64,000 nt of DNA, from the NCBI GenBank assembly GCA_964605735.1, contig CAZSDS010000001.1, positions 639,157 to 703,156 on the forward strand. The letters run 5' to 3'. Below the pieces are notes generated by a model. It was not told the origin of the DNA and did not search any database. It saw only the letters and a program-made list of their open reading frames with translations. The number at the start of each line of letters is the position of its first letter. Position 1 is the first letter of the stretch. Both the position numbers and the translations under genes were made by a program. Positions 57,529-64,000 of this stretch are shown in pieces. The stretch comes from an uncultured Candidatus Saccharibacteria bacterium. GTDB lineage: Bacteria > Patescibacteriota > Doudnabacteria > UBA920 > O2-02-FULL-48-8.

Positions 57529-58704
57529 ATGAAAGCTAATTTAGAAGAGGTGCTGACCAGGGGCGTGTCAGAAATCATTGGCCGCGAAAAATTTGATAAA
57601 GCTGTTAAAGGGAAGAAGAAGCTCCGAATAAAATTGGGCATTGATCCAACCAGTCCGAACATCCATATCGGCCGGGCTGTGGTGCTTTGGAAGTTGCGGG
57701 CGTTCCAGGACATGGGGCACCAGGTTGTTTTCATTGTCGGAGATTTTACCGGGTTGATTGGCGACACTTCCGACAAGGAATCTGAGAGGCCGATGCTGAC
57801 CGAAGCTCAGGTTAAGCAGAACTTGAAGACATATTTCCAGCAGGCATATAAGATTTTGGACAAGCACAAGACTGAAACGCACTACAATTCCAAATGGTTG
57901 AAGAAATTAGGGTTTTTGGAAATCGGGAAAATGGCTGACCTGTTCGGCTTGCATGAATTTGCTTCACGCGAACTGATTAAAAAGAGACTGGATGCCGGTA
58001 AGCGCGTTTCCCTGCGCGAACTCCTCTACCCTCTCATGCAGGGATATGACAGCGTTGCAGTGAAGGCTGATGTTGAGTTGGGTGGCACGGACCAGAGGTT
58101 TAATTTATTGGCTGGCCGAACTATTCAACCTTTGTACGGACAAGAACCGCAGTCCATTATGACTTTTGAATTGCTTGAGGGAACGGATGGCCGCAAGATG
58201 AGTTCGTCTTGGGGCAATGTTATAAATATCACTGACGAGCCAAATGATATGTTCGGTAAAGTAATGAGCCTGCACGACAGTTTGATTATCCGATACTTTA
58301 CATTGGCCACCAGAGTTCCGCTTAAAGATATTGCTATTTTTGAGAAAGAACTGGAAAAAGGGGCGAACCCCCGTGTAATTAAGAAACGATTGGCAGAGGA
58401 AATAGTTACACTCTACTATGGCAAAGACGCTGCAAAAAAGGCCTCGGAAGAGTTTGACCGGGTGTTTAGCCAAAAGGAAAAACCAAGCGAAATTCCTGAA
58501 ATGAGGGTGAAGTCCCAGAACATAATTGACTTGTTGGTGGAGACTAAGCTTGCGCCGAGCAAGAGCGAGGCGCGCCGGCTGGTTCAGCAAGGCGGCGTGA
58601 AATTGAATGACATGGTGATTACGGAATGGGATGCAACGCTTGATGTGGAAGATGGGCAAATTTTGCAGACTGGTAAGAGAAAGTTTGTAAAGTTGAAGTG
58701 TTAG
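57529..58704 (+). CDS. tyrS: Tyrosyl-tRNA synthetase (short TyrS form)
   Basis: GIDPTSPNIHIGR (HIGH-like); KMSSS (KMSKS motif); C-terminal S4-like domain. Confidence 0.9.
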   Translation: MKANLEEVLTRGVSEIIGREKFDKAVKGKKKLRIKLGIDPTSPNIHIGRAVVLWKLRAFQDMGHQVVFIVGDFTGLIGDTSDKESERPMLTEAQVKQNLKTYFQQAYKILDKHKTETHYNSKWLKKLGFLEIGKMADLFGLHEFASRELIKKRLDAGKRVSLRELLYPLMQGYDSVAVKADVELGGTDQRFNLLAGRTIQPLYGQEPQSIMTFELLEGTDGRKMSSSWGNVINITDEPNDMFGKVMSLHDSLIIRYFTLATRVPLKDIAIFEKELEKGANPRVIKKRLAEEIVTLYYGKDAAKKASEEFDRVFSQKEKPSEIPEMRVKSQNIIDLLVETKLAPSKSEARRLVQQGGVKLNDMVITEWDATLDVEDGQILQTGKRKFVKLKC

Positions 58705-58719
58705 TTGGGCGATATTTGA

Positions 58720-58748
58720 AAACCCCTGGTGCAAACCCGGGGTTTTGA
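58720..58748 (+). terminator. Intrinsic terminator
   Basis: acccctgg...ccggggt stem followed by tttt. Confidence 0.5.
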
Positions 58749-58790
58749 CTTTTCAAGACGTAATTAGTTATCATGCTCGCCAGGAGGGAT

Positions 58791-59261
58791 ATGGCTAAAA
58801 CTCAAATTGATCCCAAGCCGATCATCAGCGCCCGCCGTGAAAAACTTCGAGAATGGAGAGAGGTTCAGGATCGGCTGAACAGGGACAGGAACGAGCACCT
58901 GAAAGTGTGGCGGCGCGAGAACAAAAAACTGATCAAGGAGATCAGGTTGCGCTTTGTGGGCTGGGAAAGGATTGGGGTTAGGCAGTTTCTTTTTTGGTTT
59001 GATCCTGCCTACATTCTGGAAGGTAATAAAATAGTCCAATACATCCAGCCGCATGAGTACGCGGGATACGGATTTGATCGCTCGCTGTCTGGTGGGTGTA
59101 GGAAGTGGGAAACGGTTTCAGACATTCAGCGCGATTTCGAAATTTTGAAAGAGGATTTGAAGGAATGGTTCAGGATTACTTATGAGGAATCCGCAATAAG
59201 GTACCGGAGACGGAAGCGGCTCCATCCGTGCCTGAAAGTTACAATATCGCTTGCTCGTTAA
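58791..59261 (+). CDS. Hypothetical basic protein
   Basis: AGGAGGG followed by the ATG at 58791; Arg/Lys-rich; no motif recognised. Confidence 0.45.
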   Translation: MAKTQIDPKPIISARREKLREWREVQDRLNRDRNEHLKVWRRENKKLIKEIRLRFVGWERIGVRQFLFWFDPAYILEGNKIVQYIQPHEYAGYGFDRSLSGGCRKWETVSDIQRDFEILKEDLKEWFRITYEESAIRYRRRKRLHPCLKVTISLAR

Positions 59262-59297
59262 GTTCTGGGCAAGCGTTTTCTTTTTCAAAAAGATGAC

Positions 59298-59783
59298 CTA
59301 TTTTAGGTCTTGCAATTTAATGCGCCCTGTTCCGGCCCAGGCGATGGCTGCTGCATCTGCGGCGTCATCTGGCTTTGGTATTTTCTTAAGCTTAAGAAGC
59401 GTTAACAGCATTTTCTGGACTTGGGCCTTTTCTGCTTTGCCATATCCAGTAATTGCAATCTTCACCTGTAATGGAGTTATTTCAATTACCCTTAGTCCAT
59501 GCTCGGCCGCGGTGACTATTGCCACTCCCCTGGCCTGGCCCACGCTCATTGCGGTTTTACTGTTCGCAGCAAAATAGAGAGACTCGATGCAAAGCACTTC
59601 AGGTTTGTATTTTTTTATGATCGCATCCAAGTCTTGTTTTATTTCCAAAAGCCTGCCCGGCTCTGGAGTATTCGCCGGAGTGGTGATACAGCCACATTCG
59701 GAAAGAATGTGCTGATTCCCTGATGATTTAAGGATTGCATAGCCCATGCGGCCTATGCCCGGGTCAATGCCTAAAATGGTCAT
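59298..59783 (-). CDS. ruvC: Crossover junction endodeoxyribonuclease RuvC
   Basis: MTILGIDPGIGRMGYA...; the catalytic D/E pattern. Confidence 0.9.
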   Translation of the reverse strand: MTILGIDPGIGRMGYAILKSSGNQHILSECGCITTPANTPEPGRLLEIKQDLDAIIKKYKPEVLCIESLYFAANSKTAMSVGQARGVAIVTAAEHGLRVIEITPLQVKIAITGYGKAEKAQVQKMLLTLLKLKKIPKPDDAADAAAIAWAGTGRIKLQDLK

Positions 59784-59793
59784 GCGCTTTAAA

Positions 59794-60507
59794 TTAGTTT
59801 AGGTTTGTGTGCACAGTCATTATGTCGTCGTCATCTTCCAGGGCATCTATCAGCTGTTGCACTTTTTTGTTGTCTTCTTCAGACAGCTCGACCGTTTGGT
59901 TAGGCTTCATAATGACTTCCGCGTCAAGAATTTTCAGGCCTTTGTCTTCAATCCATTTTTTAACCTTTTCCAGGTCTACCGGCAAAGTATAAATTTCAAA
60001 TCCATCCGGAGTTTCTTTTATGTCCTCAACCCCAATGTCTATAAGTTCAAGCGCCAGGTCCTCTGTGCCAGGTTGTTTTTCCAACAGGATTTGTCCTTTT
60101 GATTCAAACATCCAGGTCACGCTCCCCTGTTCCCCCATGCGTCCGCCATACTTGTTAAAAGTATTGCGGATGGTTTGAGTGGTGCGGTTTTTGTTGTCAG
60201 TGATGGTTTCAACCATCATGGCTGTGCCAGCCGGGCCGTAACCTTCATATACCACTGACTCAATGGCTTCTTTTCCTTCCCCTGCTCCGCGCTTGATGGC
60301 GCGGTCTATGTTGTCGGCGGGCATGGCTGCCTGTTTGGCCTTGTCCACTGCCACCCGCAGTTTAAAGTTGAAGTTAGGATCCGGACTGCCCCCGGTTTTT
60401 ACCGCCACGCTAATGGTGCGGGCAAGTTTTGAAAACAGCTTTCCTCTTTTTGCGTCTGCAGCGCCTTTTTGGCGCTTTATTGTTGACCATTTACTGTGTC
60501 CGGACAT
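59794..60507 (-). CDS. yebC: YebC/PmpR-family DNA-binding transcriptional regulator
   Basis: MSGHSKWSTIKRQKGAADAKRGKLFSKL. Confidence 0.85.
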   Translation of the reverse strand: MSGHSKWSTIKRQKGAADAKRGKLFSKLARTISVAVKTGGSPDPNFNFKLRVAVDKAKQAAMPADNIDRAIKRGAGEGKEAIESVVYEGYGPAGTAMMVETITDNKNRTTQTIRNTFNKYGGRMGEQGSVTWMFESKGQILLEKQPGTEDLALELIDIGVEDIKETPDGFEIYTLPVDLEKVKKWIEDKGLKILDAEVIMKPNQTVELSEEDNKKVQQLIDALEDDDDIMTVHTNLN

Positions 60508-60634
60508 ATCTGTAATTGGATTAATGCTCCAGTATTATAACAAAAAAGCTTCCGTGACGGGCAAGGCAAATCAAAACGCCCCAGATGGAACAACTCTGCG
60601 GCGTAATGAGCTTATCTCAAGCATTCAAAAAGTT

Positions 60635-60856
60635 TTAGAAATTCATTCTGATTTGGTTGTTGTTTGCGGTTTTATCAATCCAAAGCCACCAATAAATGAT
60701 AAGACCCAGTCCAAGCAGGAAGAAGCTGACAACAAATCCCAGCCTGACCAACCAGACATTCGTTTCATATTTTTCTGCCAGTCCAGTGGCCACCCCTGCA
60801 ACCAGCGCTTGATTTGTTTCCCTTTTTATCATAATAAGCTTCCTTGCGGCCAGCAC
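60635..60856 (-). CDS. PspC-domain small membrane protein
   Basis: ALVAGVATGLAEKYETNVWLVRLGFVV is the PspC domain, followed by a TM helix. Confidence 0.55.
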   Translation of the reverse strand: MLAARKLIMIKRETNQALVAGVATGLAEKYETNVWLVRLGFVVSFFLLGLGLIIYWWLWIDKTANNNQIRMNF

Positions 60857-60959
60857 AGCCCTGAAAATGTCAGGACCTTCATGCCTGGAAGTCCAGGACT
60901 GTACTGTTCCTTATTGGAAGCTTATATCATCGCCCATATTTTGCTATTAGAACTTTTGA

Positions 60960-63425
60960 CTAAATTATTGTTGTAGTCGCAACTTTGTCTTGTGCATCAA
61001 GCGTCATTATACGCACGCCTTGTGTAGCGCGGCCAAGCGTTGAGATTTTACCAACCGGAGTGCGCAGGGTCTGGCCGGATTTGGTAATTACCATAACGTC
61101 ATGCTCTTCTGACTTGTCGATGACGTGCAGGGAAACAATGTTTCCGGTTTTAGGAGTAACTTTCAAGGTCTTGATTCCTGATCCGCCGCGGCCTTGCCGT
61201 TTGTATTCTTTCAAGTCGGTTTTTTTGCCCAAGCCGTTTTCAGTGACCACAAAGATCTGAACGTTATCCAGGTTCTTGTCCTTCTTCCAGACCAGGTCCA
61301 TGCTCATGATCCAGTCACCTTTTCTGACTCTCATGCCGCGGACGCCAGCGGCTGTGCGGCCCATTGGCCTGACGTCTTTTTCGTCAAAGCGGATGGCCTG
61401 CCCCAGGGCGGTTGAAAGAATGATGTCGTCCTCGCCGGTTGAATGCTTGACCCAGCGGAGTTCGTCGCCGGCTTTCAGTTTGATGGCAATCAATCCTGAG
61501 CGGCGGACTTTGGCGAATTCTTCAATTGGGGTTTTCTTGATCAGTCCTGATTTGGTGCAGAGAACCAGATATTTGGCCGGAGTTTTCTTTGAGAGAGTCA
61601 AGACGCTCTGAACTGTTTCGTCGTTTGGCAGTTCAAGGAAGTTGACCAGGGCTTGTCCCCTGGAAGTCCTTGAGCCTTCCGGCAGTTCATAGACTTTGGT
61701 TTGGAATACGCGGCCCTTGTTGGTGAAGAATAAGATGTCGTCATGGGTGTTTGAGGTGGAAAGCCATTCAACAACATCCTCTTCTTTGGTGGTCATGCCG
61801 ATAACGCCCTTGCCTCCCCTTCCCTGTGATTTGTAGGTGTCAGGCGGCACTCGTTTTACGTAACCGGATTTTGTAATAATGACCATGGCCTGCGCTTCCG
61901 GAATCAGGTCTTCCACTCTGAACTGGCCAATTGGCTGTTTGACCAAAACTGTGCGGCGTTCGTCGCCGTATTTTTCTTTCATTTCCTGCAGTTCGGTTTT
62001 GATGACTTCCTTTTTCTTCTTGTCGCTGGCAAGCAATTCCTCCAATTCTTTGATAAGCTTTCGCTTTTCTTTCAATTCATCCTCAATTTTTTTGCGTTCC
62101 AATCCGGCCAGTGTGCGCAATTGCATGGCAAGGATGGCGCTGGCTTGTTTGTCTGAGAGTTTGAACTTGGTCATCAGGGCGTTGTGGGCAATTTCAGTGG
62201 TTTCAGATTTCTTGATGGTGTTGATGATCGCGTCAATGTTGTCCAAAGCCTTTTTCAACCCTTCCAGGATGTGGGCGCGTTCTTTGGCTTTGTTGAGGTC
62301 ATATTCAGTGCGGCGGGTAATAACTTCCTGGCGGTGTTTGATGTAATACTCAAGAATGTTTTTGAGGTTCAAAACTTGCGGTTCCAGCCCGTCCACAAGA
62401 GCCAGCATGTTGACGTGGAAAGTATCCTGCAGGGCCGTGTATTTGAACAGCTGGTTTAAAACTTTGTTTGGCAGGGCGTCCTTTTTCAAATCAATGACAA
62501 TGCGGACGGTATCAGATGATTCGTCGCGCAAGTCTCTGATGCCCTCAATTTTTTTGTCTCTGACGAGTTCCGCAAAATTCTCAAGCAATGAGGCCTTGTT
62601 TACGCGGTAAGGAATTTCAGAAATTATGATCTGATGGCTGCCTTTGTTCTCTACGATTTCCGTTTTGGCGCGCATGACAATAGGGCCTTTGCCTGTGGCA
62701 TAGGTCTGCTTGATGGTGTTCCAGTCATAAATATAGCCGCCTGTCGGGAAGTCTGGGCCTTTAACGAATTCCATCAAGTCTTCTGAGGTGGCTGAGGAAT
62801 CGTTGATCAGCGCGATTGTCGCGTCAATAACTTCGCCGAGGTTGTGCGGCGGCATGTCAGTGGCCATACCAACGGCGATTCCCAGCGTGCCGTTGATTAA
62901 AAGGTTAGGGACTTTTGCCGGGAGCACAGCCGGTTCTTTTTGGGTAGCGTCGTAGTTGTCGTTCCAGTTAACCGTTTCTTTTTCAATATCTGCCAGGATT
63001 TCTTCCGCGATTGCAGTCATGCGGGCTTCCGTATAACGCATTGCCGCTGGGCTGTCCCCGTCCATTGACCCGAAGTTTCCCTGCCCGTCCACGAGCGGAT
63101 AGCGCATGGCAAAGTCCTGGGCCATGCGGACCATGGAATCGTAAACCGCCACGTCGCCGTGTGGGTGGTATTTGGCCAAAACTTCACCTACAACAGCCGC
63201 CGATTTTCTGTATTTTGCTGTGGAGCGCAGGCCGATTTCCGACATCGCGTACAAAATTCTTCGGTGCACCGGTTTCAGTCCGTCTCTGACGTCAGGCAAG
63301 GCGCGCGCAACAATAACGCTCATGGCGTAGTCCAAATAGGACTCCTGCATTTCGCGTTCAATCGGGCGGGGCGCTACATGCCCTATGCTTGCCGGTTCTA
63401 ACACTTGTTCTTCTTTTTTAGCCAT
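60960..63425 (-). CDS. gyrA: DNA gyrase subunit A
   Basis: QRD-equivalent region; AAMRYTE with the active-site Tyr; C-terminal beta-pinwheel repeats. Confidence 0.95.
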   Translation of the reverse strand: MAKKEEQVLEPASIGHVAPRPIEREMQESYLDYAMSVIVARALPDVRDGLKPVHRRILYAMSEIGLRSTAKYRKSAAVVGEVLAKYHPHGDVAVYDSMVRMAQDFAMRYPLVDGQGNFGSMDGDSPAAMRYTEARMTAIAEEILADIEKETVNWNDNYDATQKEPAVLPAKVPNLLINGTLGIAVGMATDMPPHNLGEVIDATIALINDSSATSEDLMEFVKGPDFPTGGYIYDWNTIKQTYATGKGPIVMRAKTEIVENKGSHQIIISEIPYRVNKASLLENFAELVRDKKIEGIRDLRDESSDTVRIVIDLKKDALPNKVLNQLFKYTALQDTFHVNMLALVDGLEPQVLNLKNILEYYIKHRQEVITRRTEYDLNKAKERAHILEGLKKALDNIDAIINTIKKSETTEIAHNALMTKFKLSDKQASAILAMQLRTLAGLERKKIEDELKEKRKLIKELEELLASDKKKKEVIKTELQEMKEKYGDERRTVLVKQPIGQFRVEDLIPEAQAMVIITKSGYVKRVPPDTYKSQGRGGKGVIGMTTKEEDVVEWLSTSNTHDDILFFTNKGRVFQTKVYELPEGSRTSRGQALVNFLELPNDETVQSVLTLSKKTPAKYLVLCTKSGLIKKTPIEEFAKVRRSGLIAIKLKAGDELRWVKHSTGEDDIILSTALGQAIRFDEKDVRPMGRTAAGVRGMRVRKGDWIMSMDLVWKKDKNLDNVQIFVVTENGLGKKTDLKEYKRQGRGGSGIKTLKVTPKTGNIVSLHVIDKSEEHDVMVITKSGQTLRTPVGKISTLGRATQGVRIMTLDAQDKVATTTII

Positions 63426-63432
63426 ATGTGGT

Positions 63433-63987
63433 TTACGATCTTAATTCTTCTAAGGGGTTTAGTTTGTCGAAATCTATTTTAATGGTCTGCTGTGAAAATT
63501 CGTTTTTCTGTTCTAAGTTCAATTCCCTAATCGTCAACTCTCCTTTATCCTCTTTAAACTCCGGGAAAACCATCACCCCAAAGTTGGTTGTTTTGTTCAG
63601 CACCTTCACTACGAAGGGCTGTTGTTGCCTGGTTTGAACCGCTTCCGGTTCCAGTGTCTGGTTTCCGACCTTCAGGCTGATTTTGTCTTTAGACGGGAAG
63701 TTTAAGATTTCGTCGGTGTTGTTTTCAACCTTGAAGTAGATATACCTCTTCCCTTCTCTGACTTCAGTGGCTTCCAGTGTGATGAAGTTGGAAGCGCCGA
63801 GGACTTGTCCTGGCTGAAGGCTGGAAAGGTTCAAGTCAGGGGTGCTTATGTCGGCAAATTTATGCTTGAGGTTGTTGATCCAGACTGTTCCAAGTCCGAT
63901 CATGGTCACCGCTATTGCGGCGGCTAGGATTCGGCCTTTGGTTTGGTAGGACCTGGTTTGCAAATAACTGACGATTTTGTTTAACAT
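63433..63987 (-). CDS. Hypothetical membrane-anchored protein, directly upstream of gyrA
   Basis: N-terminal TM helix [18 protein letters not shown]; 184 aa; no motif recognised. Confidence 0.4.
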   Translation of the reverse strand: MLNKIVSYLQTRSYQTKGRILAAAIAVTMIGLGTVWINNLKHKFADISTPDLNLSSLQPGQVLGASNFITLEATEVREGKRYIYFKVENNTDEILNFPSKDKISLKVGNQTLEPEAVQTRQQQPFVVKVLNKTTNFGVMVFPEFKEDKGELTIRELNLEQKNEFSQQTIKIDFDKLNPLEELRS

Positions 63988-64000
63988 TTTTGTTTGGAGA

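Noticed and set aside
1-64000. Searched for CRISPR arrays, rRNA, tmRNA, RNase P RNA, transposase, integrase and reverse transcriptase.
   Set aside because: There are no regularly spaced direct repeats and no second tRNA-like T-arm. No intergenic region fits RNase P RNA: the GGDEF-valS gap has no P4-like signature, and the other gaps are under 300 nt. No ORF has recombinase, transposase or RT motifs.

Overview
This 64-kb chromosomal window comes from a small-genome bacterium of roughly 45% GC. Gene content suggests a Gram-positive-type or Patescibacteria/CPR-like lineage. The evidence is a ValS and a TsaB that are shorter than usual, many genes without a Shine-Dalgarno sequence, and envelope genes of the LPXTG, FemAB and VanW types. 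The window is mostly core genome. It holds the replication-origin neighbourhood, with rpmH-rnpA-yidD-yidC-jag on the plus strand divergent from dnaA-dnaN-recF on the minus strand, and DnaA-box-like clusters on both sides of dnaA. It also holds rpoB-rpoC, gyrA, polA, uvrB, ruvA, ruvB and ruvC (dispersed), valS with a candidate valine T-box leader, tyrS, tig, queA, tsaD, tsaB, tsaE, rpsT, an orphan pilB, a class A penicillin-binding protein with a Wzy-like gene, and one tRNA-Glu(UUC). Immediately downstream of the tRNA, at about 6.1 to 12.0 kb, lies a partly low-GC accessory block with few Shine-Dalgarno sequences. It contains small membrane and hypothetical proteins, a His-rich protein, a DUF4342 protein and a 728-aa DUF11/LPXTG surface protein. 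After it come DinB-like, SdpI-like immunity, CaCA antiporter and GIY-YIG genes. A conserved element of about 40 nt recurs upstream of both rpoB and rpoC. Several enzyme-family genes have degenerate catalytic motifs (GGDEF read as AGDEV, DHH read as DFR, a UppP-like protein). No CRISPR array, rRNA, transposase, integrase or reverse transcriptase was seen. Intergenic coordinates were counted by hand from the 60-nt line labels and should be treated as about ±3 nt.
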